From: Eledone cirrhosa
Lineage: Eukaryota
Direction of reading: 5' to 3'
NCBI GenBank assembly: GCA_964016885.1
Contig: OZ024740.1
Span: forward strand, 285,262,001-285,326,000
Length of the DNA: 64,000 nt
The position numbers were made by a program, and so were the translations under genes. Below the pieces are notes generated by a model, which worked only from the letters and a program-made list of their open reading frames with translations, ran no database searches and had not been told where the DNA came from. This document shows, piece after piece, positions 36,263 through 49,359 of the stretch (positions within the stretch are counted from its first letter, which is position 1; every line of letters begins with the position of its first letter).

Positions 36263-36509
36263 GCAAGCCGATTTTTTTAAAATTACATCGTTGAACAATT
36301 ATCTTTTTCTACACGACCTTTATTATTATTTTGTGCTTTCATAAAATATAAATACAACGAAAACTTGTCTTGTTGACCTCTAACGTATATTCGAAGACAT
36401 TGGTATCAACAATTGGAAATTCTACACACATAACTTTATGTATGGGCAAACGTGTAAAATTTTCTATAGGGGGGTTTGTTATTCTTTAAATGAACAAAAA
36501 ATTCCAATC

Positions 36510-36760
36510 GTTAAATTATTGGGAATTGACGGGAAACCTTTCGCATAGTTCGAAAACTATTTGGAAAATAGAAAATAATGAATGAGATTGTATTGAAGAT
36601 TCTTTCTCTAATTTATTTTCTAGTTCCACAAAGTAGCTTTCTTCGTCCAATACTTTTTATATTTTATGTAAATGACTTACAAAATGTAATTCATTTCTCT
36701 AATTTAAAATCGTATGCAGACGATACTAAATTATACTTCTCTGTTGATAGAAATTCACCC
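36510..36760 (+). mobile_element. CR1-like RT fragment
   Basis: VPQSSFLRPILFIFYVNDL..SYADDTKLY. Confidence 0.65.
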
Positions 36761-36761
36761 T

Positions 36762-37812
36762 GGTGAGCAACATCCTATCCTCTCCAACAGAGAGTTGGAT
36801 GAACCTCTCCAACGATGGAGTGAGTTTTGCTTGTCTGTTCCTGACAAGGTGGGCTTGGGACAGCATAAATTCGAAGGCCACCTTTGAATCCCTCTTCGAC
36901 CAGTCGGATCAGTTTTCAAGGTGCCGCTTACTGTCTGCCAGCGCCAAATGCTCAGGCGATTGGGTTGATGCCCTACCCGTGACTAACGTTGGTGGCCTAC
37001 TCAGCTTGGACGAACTTCGTGTGTCTTCATTGCCCTTAGAGTGGGAGCTGACGTCTATATGGGTCTGAGGTGTCGATGTGGCAAACTCCTCGACTCCACA
37101 GGCCTTTCTTGCTGCCTGATGCCGGTCTAAACCTCATCTCCAAGAGAGCTTTGGCCCGGGCAAACATTCCCTTAATTTTGGAACCATCTGGGTTGTCCAG
37201 AATTGATGGGAAAAGACCTGACAGCCTTACCTTGTGCCCCTGGTCGAGAGGCAGGTGCCTTGTCTGGGACGTCACAGTTAGTGACTCTTGCTTCTTCCCA
37301 CATCCTGGATGCTGCGTTTAGGACGAGGGCCACAAATCTACAGCCGAACGAAACAAAATCCTAAAATACCGTGAACTGTCGGCCACTACTTTTTCCAGCC
37401 TGTGACGTTCGAGTCGTTTGGGGGAGTCGGGCTACTGACTGCGAGATTCTTATCTTCACTGGCGGCTCGCCTAACAGAGGTAACTGGTGAAGCTCGTGAA
37501 GGCGCTTGGTTGTTCCAGGGCATCAGCCTCGCCATCACCCGAGGTAACGACGCGAGTGTGCTGGCTTGCCTCAAAAATAATTAGAAAGGTTTCCCAATGC
37601 TCCTCGCAATACTGTTATCTTTTGCTCTAGTAGCGGCTCAGTGCTCACTCCTTTCGCCTACCTTTTGTTGTATGTAGTCCCAGATGTGTGTGCTAACCGC
37701 TTCTGTGTTGTTGTCCCCCCCCCCCCCCCCCCTTTCCTTTATATTATATTTGTTTTTGCTTTTGTTCTGTATGCATTGTATTATATTTTTTTTATACAAC
37801 TGTGAATAAAAT
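36762..37812 (+). mobile_element. CRE-like LINE 3' fragment (REL domain + 3' UTR)
   Basis: SGDWVDALP, KRALARANIPLILEPSGLSRIDGKRPDSLTLCPWSRGRCLVWDVT, FESFGGVG..WLFQGISLAITRGN; AATAAA near 37805. Confidence 0.8.
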
Positions 37813-37830
37813 TTATATTACTGTATTAGC

Positions 37831-38303
37831 GAATAGACTATGTAGCCGGTAAACCTTAAAGCCTTAAAGGGACGCAACACATATCGCTATAGTGTTTCAC
37901 CAGCCCCTTCCTTCCTCAATCATTCATAGATATGTATGTAATAATTATTTTGTTTAATGTCTCTATTTATGAATATGTATGAGTATATGTGTGTGTGTAG
38001 GTTTGCGCTTCTGTTGTCTATATCTGTTTATGTATTTTCGTGTAGATGTATGTGTGGGTTTGCACTTCTGTTGTCTGTATGTTTATATATTTACTTGTAG
38101 ATGTGTGTATGTAACGAAAGCGTAACGTACGTTACTAATGGACGACTAAATAATTTTAACTTATTTTTAACAATTGATGGTGGAAAAAATTTCAAATTAT
38201 CTTAACTCAGACCGTAAAAGGCCGCAACTCATGGTGTCTGACACTCTTACCGGCTACATAGCCTTGGAGTCTATTTTGCCGGGACCGGCTACATAGCCTC
38301 TTC
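37831..38303. mobile_element. Unclassified MITE-like element
   Basis: Inverted termini gaatagactatgtagccggt / accggctacatagcctcttc. Confidence 0.5.
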
Positions 38304-38732
38304 CATATATTAGTGTTCTTAAAGACTAAAGAGTTACACTTGTCTTAGCTATATAAACATTTTCGGTTTTGCATCTTGGTTTAGAACATTTTAATGCTAA
38401 ACAATTCTTGAATCAATCTGAAATTACCAAATGTTTCTAACATCTCATTGGTTAGTCAGGGAGGAAAGAACAATACCTATTACTCTATTTCTGGCCTTCA
38501 GAAACGGGTTAGAGAATGTTAGCATCTAATCCAAGACTTGGCCCTGAAGCTTGCAATAGAATCATTTCTGTTGAAGGTACTTAATGACCAAGTGTTGGTG
38601 TTAAACCGAGTAACGGATTAAATTTACCACCCAAGAACTAAAGACGCAAAGAGCCCGAACAAATACCGCAAGGCATCTCAACCAAGGCTCTTACAATTGC
38701 ACCAATCCGTCCCCGCCCCTTTTGATTGGTAT

Positions 38733-39160
38733 TTAAGAGAAATTGTCAACAATTTTAGAAGGCTGCTGTGTTTTACGATTTAGAGGAGAGTTCGTTTCCC
38801 TAGCTTGGCTGGTAGAACATCTCTTCTATTTGTTAGGTGTAGGTAAACAATTAAGCAAAAAGAACATACCTCGAGATTATATGTACATGAGCATTTTAAT
38901 CAGAGCAATAAACAAAACAGGTTATCATATCAGTTGCTCCATGATTGGTAATTCGTAATTATCATTAAGTGGCGGTGTTCAAATATCCCGTGACCGCATG
39001 ATGCAATATCGCTGTTTCGCCACAGTGAAACGCGTCTGGTCCTCAAGAGACAAAGTTGAAGAGTGTGTATTCAGCTACTGATGTCAGAACGTGGCGTCAG
39101 AACTAAGGGCAGTTAATCAACTGTCTCCAAAGTCAAAGCTAGGTGGCTTGATCTTCTACA
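38733..39160 (-). repeat. Gypsy 3' LTR
   Basis: Near-identical to 43311-43728; starts TGTAGAAG on the minus strand, immediately after tctggtgggagacca (PPT-like). Confidence 0.9.
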
Positions 39161-42100
39161 TGGTCTCCCACCAGATTTTTAGAAAAGGAAATGAAAATCG
39201 GTTCATCGGACCATGTATGTAGAAAAACGATGAGCAACTAGCAAAAACCCCAAACCAAGGAGCAATCAGCCCAACCGAGCATGAAGAGCACAACAAATTT
39301 CAAAAGAACATATGAAACAAGCATGCAAGAACGAGAAAAAAAAATTATAATAAAATGTAAATACAATTTTTAAAAGTTCAAATAGTTCAAATAGAAAATA
39401 CAGGATTAAAGCGCCGCACAATAGCAGCTTAAGAATATACAGTGCTACACAGTTTTTTGCAAAAAGGGTCCAGTGGCCAGTTCATATAATAAAAGTTTGG
39501 AAGAGTTCTTTGGGCCAGTGGACTCTTCGACCGGAACGGGTCGTGGTCTTGTATCTTGGTGATGGGGAGGGGGGCAAAGAAACAGGTGTGTGTGCAAAAG
39601 AGAAAGATGGGGGTGTATTTGAGTCGATCAATAGAAACTCTCTCTCTGGAACCCTTAATGTCTACAGTGTAATGTTTCTCGGAACGAGCTAATACACGGT
39701 AGGGTCCAGAGTACGGTTGTGTGAGAGGTGGTTTCACAGCATCATTTCTCACGAACACATGGGTCCAAGAGGGAATATCCCTCGGGACTGCAGATTTTAC
39801 AGTTTGCTTCCTCGTATCCATCGGCGGCAGGTCCTGAAAATAGGAACACAGACGGGATACGTAGGAAAGCGGATCCTGTGCAGCAAGATCGACAGGGGCA
39901 AGCATTTGCCCAGGTAACGCTAGAGGAGCACCATATATAATTCAGCCGGGGAGAACCGAAGGTCCTCCTTTATTGTTGACCGAATCTCCAACAACACAAT
40001 AGGGAGGTATTCGCTCCAATGCGTAGAGTCAGAAGTCCATAGAGCTGCTTTTAGTTGTCGGTGGAAGCGCTCCACCATTCCATTAAAGGCAGGATGATAT
40101 GCAGTCGTTCGGATGCGTTTAGCGCCAATGATTTTCGTTAATTCATGGAAGAGATTCGATTCAAACTGCCTTCCACGGTCTGTAGTAATTGATGTTGGTA
40201 CTCCATATCAAGCGATCCATCCAGAGACAAGGGCATGCACTGTTGTCTCAGCAGTGATATCTTTCAAGGGGATGGCTTCAGGCCATCGCAAAAACGATCA
40301 ATAACAGTCAATTTGGCCAAGGTCCCACAATGTCCACATGAATGTGGCAAAATCGAGCATCCGGGTTACTAAAAGTACCTAGAGGAGTCTTAACATGCCT
40401 GTGAACTTTTGATTTCTGGCAAGCGACACAGGAACGGCACCACAAACAGTAATATCACGTCTCATATTTGGCCAGAAGAATCTAGCCGTTATGAGTTTTA
40501 CTGTGGCAGAAGATCCTGGATGTGAAATGCCGTGTAAAGCAAGAAACACATTTCAACGATGGTTCAACGGAACAAAAGGGCGTGGCGTATCCAAAGAGAC
40601 GTCGCAGAGGATCCGTCCGTCTGCGGTCGATAATGGTAGGTATTTCATCCTGCAATTCACAAATTCAGACGATGTAACATCCAACGATTCAAGGGTAGGC
40701 TGATCGGCTGCCAAGCGATTCAAATCTATGTCATCGGACGACGAGATAGAAGCAATCGGCAAACGAGACAGGGTGTCGGCTGCTGTATTCATAGAACCCG
40801 GAATATGTTGAATATCATTAGTAAATTGAGAGATGAGGTCGAAATGTCTAGTTTCTCTGGGCGAGTATTTGTCGGCCTTTGCTTGCAAGGCAGATGTCAA
40901 CGGCTTGTGGTCCGTGAAGATGGTGAACGTTCTTCCTTCAAGCCTGTGCGAAAAATGCTTCACCGATAAGTATATAGCTAACAACTCCCATCCAAAGGTG
41001 CTGTAGCGGGTTTCGGCAGGTTTCGGCTTCCTGGAGAAAAACTCCAACGGTTGCTGTTGATCATTCCTACTTTGTTGCAAAACTGCCCCCACGGCAGTAT
41101 CCAACGCATCAATACAAAGCGAAAGCTTAGCATTGGACACTGGGTGAGCCAGCAAAGATGCATTGGCTAGAGCAATTTTCGCATTCTCAAAATCCTGGAG
41201 CTGAGTTTCATTCAAAGAAATGACTTTATTTTTCTTTCAGCAATTTTTCAAAATTTCCGTCAAAGAGAAGAGTAGCTTAGCACAATTAGGCACAAACCGG
41301 CTATAAAAATTAATCAGCCCCAAGAATTGGTGCAACTGACGGAGTGAGGTTGGTGGAGGCAAATCCTCTATAGCTTTAACTCTCTCAGGAATAGGTCGAA
41401 TACCGTCAGAGTCAATGACATGACCTAAAAAATCCAGTGATTCCGCACCGAAAACACATTTTGTGGGATTTATTTGAACACTGTAATTCTTAAGTCGACA
41501 AAACAAAAGATTCAAATGACGTATGTGTTCTTCTCTGGAGGAACTAGCAATAAGCAGATCATCAATATAAGTATAGACGAAGTCTAAACCACGAGTGACC
41601 TCATCCATGAACTGTTGAAAGGTGTTAGCAGCATTCCTAAGTCCGAAAGGCATGGTAAGAAATTCGAATGATCCAAATGGAGTCGTAATGGCCGTTTTCG
41701 GAATATCTTCTTTCCTGACAGGAATCTGATGATAGGCTCGCACCAAATCGAGCTTCGAGAAAATTTTACATCCCTACAACGACGATGCAAAATCTTGCAG
41801 GTGTGGAATAGTATCTATCCGGGACAGTTATAGCATTTAACTTCCTATAATCCCCAGTGGGTCTCCAGTCGCCAGAAGTCTTGGGTACCATGTGTAACGG
41901 AGAAGCCCAAGGGCTCGTAGAAGGGCGAATTATGCCTAGCTGCAGAATGTGGTCGAACTCAAACTGTGCTGCCTTCAATTTATACGCAGGCAAGCGACGA
42001 GGACGTGAGAACACTAGGGCGCCAGTTGTAGAGATAAAATGCTCCGTTGTGTGAGTCGGTTCGACAACTCAAAAATTTCCCTGAGTAAGCTGTGGGAAAG

Positions 42101-43289
42101 AATTCAACAATGCATGATAGGGATTTCCAGCATTAGCGATGAAAAAGGTCGGGCTAACCGTTGGAAAATTAGCTTTCTGGCCACGAAGAGAAAAACCAGT
42201 AATGTCATCTACTAGGCGTTGGCCACGGACGTCCACCGTCAATGCAAAATGGTGTAGAAAATCCGCTCCCAAGATCGGGTATGGTAGGTCAGCAACCGTA
42301 AAAATCCATTTGAATTCTCAATAATTTCTGAATTGCAGAGGAAGCGAGATTTGTCCAAAAGTCCGTATCGGCAAATGTAGATTCATTGATGACTCAGGAG
42401 GAGTTTCTTTAACACAGTTCACTGGCCAAATGCTGCAGGAGGCTCTCGTATCTACGAGGAAAGATCTTCCAGACAGGAGGTCCTCTATGAAGAAATGGCG
42501 GTTCTGTTGTGTCTCGCAGAGTTCACTTGCCGCCTTAATGACTCTGATCTACATTTCCCGAAGCTGAATATTTACATGGAGGCCGGTAATGTTTTGCCGT
42601 CTTCGCAAAATAATGGATTGCTGGCGGGCGAAGTAGTACGCCGACGTGGAGTCGCGAAAGAACGCGAACAACTCCTAGGCCGCCGGGAATATGGCCTATT
42701 TTCCCTGCATAACCGAGCGACTTGCTGCGTCAAAGCGTCAATAGCTTTTAACATGGTATCCTCGCGTGTCGAGACGGGCTGGTTCGAATGTGAAGAAGAG
42801 GAAGCAGGTAAATTAGGACCACTCATTGTCAATCTATATCAGCTTGGACGTATAAAAGTAAGTGATATTCGCATTAAAAAGAATGCAGAAAATTCTTTAG
42901 ATGTTCAGAACAACGGGAAAACTACACAAATTTCCTTCAACATCCATGAAGAAAGAAGAAATGCAAAATCCGGAATTGACAAGTCACAATAATTCAAGGC
43001 AGAAAAATTAAATGTTTTTTTTTTTTTTTTAATTGGAGAAGGAGATGCCATCACATGATGCGTCTCAGCCAATCAGATGGCTGCATTTCGGAGAAGAAAG
43101 ACAATTGGCGGGAAAATTCGCGGACCAGTCAGCTATTGTGAATTTTTTTTTTTTTTGTGTTAAACGAACAATTTTCAATTTCGTTATTTTCGCATAGTTG
43201 CAAGAAATAAAATATTAGTTTCGTCAATTTTTTTTTTTCTATGTTTCTTTAGAAGTTTTTCGAAGTTTTTTTAGAAGGCTGTGTAATGC

Positions 43290-43308
43290 ATCACGTCGGG
43301 GTCAACCA
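43290..43308 (-). promoter_or_regulatory. Primer-binding site, tRNA-Trp type
   Basis: Minus strand TGGTTGACCCCGACGTGAT resembles the complement of the tRNA-Trp 3' end (TGGTGACCCCGACGTGAT) with a 1-nt insertion. Confidence 0.8.
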
Positions 43309-43310
43309 CT

Positions 43311-43728
43311 TTAGGAGAGATGGTCACCAATTTTAGAAGGCTGCTGTGTTTTACGATTTAGAGGGGAGTTTGTTTCCCTAGCTTCGCTGGTAGAACATCT
43401 CTTCTATTTGTTGTTAGGTGTAGGTAAACAATTAAGCAAAAAGGATATACCTCGAGATTATATGTACATGAGCATTTTAATCAGAGCAATAAACAAAACA
43501 GGTTATCATATCAGTTGCTCCATGATTGGTAATTCGTAATTATCATTAAGTGGCGGTGTTCAAATATCCCGTGACCGCATGGTGCAATATCGCTGTTTCG
43601 CCACAGTGAAACGCGTCTGGTCCTCAAGAGACAAAGTCGAAGAGTATGTATTCAGCTACTGACGTCAGAACTAAGGGCAGTTAATCAACTGCCTCCAAAG
43701 TCAAAGCTAGGTGGCGTGATCTTCTACA
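43311..43728 (-). repeat. Gypsy 5' LTR
   Basis: Direct repeat of 38733-39160, followed on the minus strand by the PBS. Confidence 0.9.
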
Positions 43729-44209
43729 GGTACTTTCATTTATGAACCACGAAAGGATGAAAGATAAAATTGAATACAATGAGATATGAATCTAAGGGAG
43801 GACAGAATAAAAACTGCAAAGCATTTTGTCTGTTAACGGCCTTTTTCAAAACTATAAATTCTAATACAAAGAGGTAATTTAAAAACGTTTTGTTGACAGC
43901 ACCAGATTAGATATACATAAATAATTCATTAGAAATAGAATGTTCCAATAAGGAATAAACTGCGAAAACATCTTTTGATGACTAATAATTAAAGGGTTTT
44001 TTATAATATTGTACATACTTGTAATTTTCTCACATGTAGGACTCTCTAAATCAAATTCTGGCTATGACTCTTTCATTTTGTTGCTTTGTTATGATTATGG
44101 TCATTTTAAATGCAATATAGAATATATTTATTTCAGCGTCTTTCTTTATTAATTATCTTGTTTCTTTATATATGTAAACATATCTATTTTATATTGCTTC
44201 TTAGAATGC

Positions 44210-46390
44210 TTATTTTCCCTTCGCCTGTGAGCTTCTCGACCCTCTTATGCGGCCCACCAGTGCCAACACAAGCGTCTCCAGGACAGAGTCAACCTCAACT
44301 AATTGAGGGTAACGTTTCAGCAGCAGTATGTGTGCTGGCCTCAAGCAACACTGTACTCCAGTCCATACCTGGTGTCATATCAGTACTTCGCCACAAACAT
44401 CTGCCCCCCCCCCCCCTCTCCAGCTGATATCAGGGACGTTCCAGCCACAGCTGTGTCTAGTGAGGATGTAGTACCTGCCTTGAGACCCTTACCAGGCAGC
44501 AGCAGTAGCCGGAGTGGACAGCCTGCGCCCCACCCACCTCAGAGACCTCATCTTGCCTCACGCTGCAGAGGCAGGGGCCCGATTACTCCAGTCGCCAACT
44601 TGTCCTGCCATGCCTACGATCTTTTCTTCTCAGCCAGTCTGACCACCCTGAGGAAGAATAATAGAGGTGTCCGCGCAGTCGTGGTGGGTAATGTCTTTCA
44701 ACAACTTGCAGCCAAGTTAGCTTGCAAGTCAGTCAAAGACGACCTGAGCGTGGTGCTAAGCCCTGTCCAGCTCAGAGTGGGAGTCAAGTGTGGATGTGAG
44801 ACGACAGCTCATGTGGTTAGACACATTATAGAGCACGGGCCTCCTTCGTCACCCCACCTCCTTGTGAAGCTGGACATGACAAACGCCTTCAACAGCATTA
44901 GGTGGGATTACGTCCTAGAGACGTTCTCAGCTCTCCATTTACCTTCTCACTCGCCTTTCATATGGAAGACCCAGCTTACTCATGGCTGCTGACAACAGGG
45001 TTACTTCTGCCATGGGTGTCCAGCAAGGAGACCCACTCAGCCCACTCCTCTATGCACTGGCAATCGACGACATTGCCCGTTCAGTCCGGTTGCCCCTCAA
45101 TGTTTGGTACCTGGTGACAAACGTTAGCTACGGTGATGCTGAATTCCATGATGCCATACTCGGCACCCATCCCGTCTTGTTTGGTGCTTGGCTAATAGCC
45201 AAAGACACCACCTGCATTCTCGGCTCTCCAATTCTCTCGAAAGCCATAAGAGAGTGCCTGGAAACCAAGCATGCAGACTTGTCCTGAATGGCAGAGGCTG
45301 CGTCTCATTGACACTCACCCGGTACACTTCCTCTTGAGAAACTGCTTCACCTTCCCTAAATTTCTATTCATGCTACGTGTTGCTCCTTGTCACCCCCTAT
45401 GCAGATCTTGGTGAACTCAACACCACCATCCGACACTGTGCAGAACTCATCTGCAGTTTGAATTTCAACAGCGCCAGCTGGCAACAGGTGAAGTTCCCAG
45501 CAAGATTCAGTGGCTTGGCCTTCGATCCTCTTCAGATCTGGCTCTACTGGCCTACCTTTCCTCAATCTTCTCCAGCCACACTGATCAGTGTGGTCCTCAG
45601 CAAGACAGCCAAATCTGACATAGCCTCCGAGCAGGCGCTGGCCAACTGGACAAGTGAAAGCCTCTCTGTCCCTCAGTATACAAATGTCCAACATAACTGG
45701 GGCGACATCAATTGCAGATCTTCCTTCATGTGGATCGAGTCTGGCTTGAACCAACACCTCCTCACCTGCCTCCACTCCATAGCCAAAGAGAGGCGTATGG
45801 CTCAATTCGGTACCCTTCTCATCAACTGGTGCCCCTCTTGATGATGAGTTCACTCACATTGGAGTGGCCCAATGCCTCGGCTCCTACCTGTGTAAGTCAC
45901 ATAAATGCTGTTGCGGGGACGGTCGTTAACCAGTTCAGCCTGCACCCACTGTCTTGTCACCAGAGCGCAGGCCGGGTCCCCCCCGACATGCTGCTCTCAA
46001 CGACGCATTGAGAAGGAGCCTGGAGCCAGCAGGACTCAACTGCGGAGACAGCAAGCATCCTGACAGAATACCGTCTTCCCATTTGAAGGAGGTAGATCCT
46101 TCATCTGGGCTCACCACATGTTGTGACACATTCTCTGCCTCCAACTTAGTTGCTTCGGCCACAAACCCTGGTACTATAGCCGGTAATGCAGAGGAAAGGA
46201 AGACAAATACTGAGGATTGTCCGGCTGCTTCCTCTTCGCACCGGTCGCTATCGGTACTTCAGGCATACTCAGACTCCATACTGCCAAGCTCCTCCACAAG
46301 ATCGGAATGTCAGCAGCCCATTTGAGGAAGGTGCCCCGTGAGGTGGGGGTGGCTCTTGCAGCAAGTGTCACTGGCCATAGCCCATGGAAA
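44210..46390 (+). mobile_element. CRE-like (restriction-like endonuclease) non-LTR retrotransposon, decayed
   Basis: GVRAVVVGNVFQQLAAK, LLVKLDMTNAFNSIR, GVQQGDPLSPLLYALAI, LNVWYL; C-terminal RHAALNDALRR..HPD..CDTFSAS..FAPVAIGTSG. Confidence 0.8.
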
Positions 46391-48059
46391 TGCTTTTGCG
46401 GTCTTATCCCTGATAAAATGCAAACAAAAGAAAAAATGTACATATCCGAAAGTTTAAATTATTTAATCTGATTGTTTATCTCATCTTTAGAGATTAACAT
46501 TTGTTTTAATATTCAAATCTACACTATATTTCAATCCATATCTCAGACCTTAATTATCATTTTCCTGAATGTGTACATAGTACCAAACAGGATTTGAACC
46601 AGAAATTTATATTTCTAAATTAAGAGTGGTAATGTTTATCATTGATGACCAACAGTTATAAATATAAATATAGTTTCTCAGAGTTCTTTTGTCACACATA
46701 TCTGTGACATCAGTGATTATCATGTTTCTATGTTTCCTCCTGTTGTGTTCCTATATTTATATTTATAACTGTTGGTCAGTCAATGATAAACATTGTTACC
46801 AGCTAAATTATTTATAGAAATTATAAAGCAAAAACCAAACCAAACAGTGGTAATGTTATTATCCACTAACATATTTATGCATTTATCATATTTCTTGTCT
46901 ATTAACATATTCAATAATAATGATTCAGTCAGTCCATCTTGCTCATTAGGCAGCAGTTCTCCAGTGTTCTCAATTAGAAACTTGTTCTACTATTGAAAGT
47001 CTTTGGATCCTCCTGAACGGTTTGATGTTATGTACTTAATGTCTCTAGTCATTTTCTTGCTAGTATCCATCTCAATGCTGTTTTTGAATACCAAAGATCT
47101 GGCTGTTGCAGGATGTGAATAGCCAGTTACATTCTGTTCTGTCACCATGTCTTGGAATCATTGTGATAATGTTTCTCTTAAGACTCCTTCTGATATGATC
47201 ATAGTAATAAATCTTGAAGCTTTTCCTCAAAATGTTAGAGATTTCCTCAATGTTTTCTTAAAACATCAGATGCCTTTTCTTTTAATGAAAGACATCCAAC
47301 GTTTCATGGTTTTCTTACACATTTTGCTTGTATATAGCAAAGTGAAGGCACGTGGCTGAGTGGTTAGAGAATTGGATTCGCAATCACGAGGTTGTGAGTT
47401 CGGTTCATTCTGGTTGTGAACATACTTTTTTTTTTCAGATGTACCTAATACTACTTTATCCAATTGGTCATCTGTTTGTTGTTGTTTCTTAAATTGGAGG
47501 GTGTGATTCGAGAGAGAGTTAATTGATTTTTCTAACAGGTCAAACAACCAAATGCTTTGCAGTATTTGTTTTTGCTCTTTACATTCTGAGTTCAAATCCA
47601 AGGTCAATTTGCTTTTCATCCTTCTAATATTGATAAAATAAAGTACCAATCAAATACTGAGGTTGATGTAATCAATTTGACCATCTCCCCTAAATTGCTG
47701 GCCTTGTGTCAAAATTAGAAACAGTTATTATTAAGAGGGATGCTTAATAATGATAAAAGTAGCAGATAATAATTATTTGGCTAATATAGTTTTAAAGAAC
47801 TGCTGTGTTTAACACAGCTGTTACCCCTTGATCACGCACATCGTGATCAGTAGCCTATGATACTGAATCGAGTGGACATGGTGTGATTTGATGCAGCTTA
47901 GTATAAAGGTTGCCTCTATCTTGTGGGTAGCTATGGTGGGGGTGTATCTTGGCTGCTAGGAATATGGCTGTCCCCATATATAGGATGGGGAAGAGTGGCT
48001 AGCAGGGTATACAATATAGCAAATGACACTTCTTCTTCAATCACTTATTCCTGGGAGTG

Positions 48060-48530
48060 TCGTGGGGGCAGAGTTCTCAAATACACCTTCTAATGGATCC
48101 TGTCAGAAGTAATTGTCTCCAATTGATCTGACTGGATCCCCGAGAGAGATCAGCTGAGCTCATAGATGTTATCCAACCATCTTGCTCTGAGTCTATCTCT
48201 GGTTCTCCTGCCAGTTGGTTTTGCCCATAAAATCTGTCCAGCAATTTTTTTCCTGAGACATTCTAACCACATGCCCATAGTATCAGAGCTGTGATCTCTC
48301 AATTCGGGGAAGTAGCAGCTCTGCCTGGAGCATACTCTCTGATCTCAGAGCTACACTCTATTAAGTAACATTACTCCAAAGAACCTTCAGAGGAACCCCA
48401 TTTCAGCTGCTTGTCTTTGTGAGTCTTGAACTTCTCCATTTGCTTCAGTGGAACTCCACTCACATGTAGAGTGCACTGTGCTGGCTTCCTTGAGAAGATG
48501 AGTGTCTCAGTCTTCACAGCACTGATTTTC
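48060..48530 (-). mobile_element. RTE-like LINE 3' fragment (same family as 10360-11170)
   Basis: Reverse complement matches 10360-10700 (tcctgagacattctaaccacatgcc, agtagcagctct). Confidence 0.65.
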
Positions 48531-49359
48531 ATTCCAAACACCCTTTTTAAAAGGCTCTATATTCATGCAAAAAATATTCTAAATTTCAGTCTAAAACTTA
48601 TTATTTTCTATGAAATTATATATATGAAATACTTAATCTATTTTACACTGACTGTACAACACCTTCATTGTATTCATCATTCTCGTTTAACATCCATTTT
48701 CTATGCGTGCATGGGTTAGATGGGTTGTCATGTTATGAGACAAGTCAGGGCCAGAGACCATTTCTTGCTCTTATGGATCTGTATTTTGACTTGGTTTCTA
48801 TGGCTAGATGCCCTTTCTAACACCAACCATGTTACAGTGTGGACTGGATGCTTTTTATCGTGGCACCAAAACAACCACCTTACAGAAGGAACTGGGTGCT
48901 TTTGTTCTTGTGTCTGGTCAGCATACTTGGTGGACTTTGTGCTTTTTGTTGGGCATAGCATTTAGGAGGTCAGATGTGTAGCATGTCCAGGGCAGGCCAG
49001 GGGAGGGGAGCAGGTAAGTGAGTTAGACATCAATTAGGTGCATGGGATATTTTGCAGGTGTGAGCTGCTGGCTAGTATGTTGCTGCAGGCTAGTATGTCA
49101 TCTGCATGTTTGTTTCATTTCATTTTGTACATTTGTTTGAGTTAACAAGATTATATAAACCAGCTTGAATGTATATTGGGTGAGGTTTGGTGAGTGTGTG
49201 TGTTGTAGAAAGAATACTGAAAGTTTAACATTGTTAGTTGCTGACCTAAATATCAATGAAAACTTGAGAAAGCATTCTCAAATATCACTACACTGATTAT
49301 ACTGGCCTGAAAAGTATGGGAGAATTCTCTCTGGCATGCAGAACTCCAGGTGCTAGCTG

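Larger units (their letters stand above)
38733..43728 (-). mobile_element. Ty3/Gypsy LTR retrotransposon, decayed, both LTRs present
   Basis: LTRs at 38733-39160 and 43311-43728; TSD ggtat/ggtac; PBS and PPT-like tract. Protease FLVDT, RT YIDD, RNase H (DA..AVGAVLQQ, TDHKPL) and integrase (..GPYRV) occur in Gypsy order with frameshifts. Confidence 0.95.

Noticed and set aside
46900-47340. Possible coding remnant in MRPL3 intron 1
   Set aside because: Multiple stops and no family motif I could recognise.
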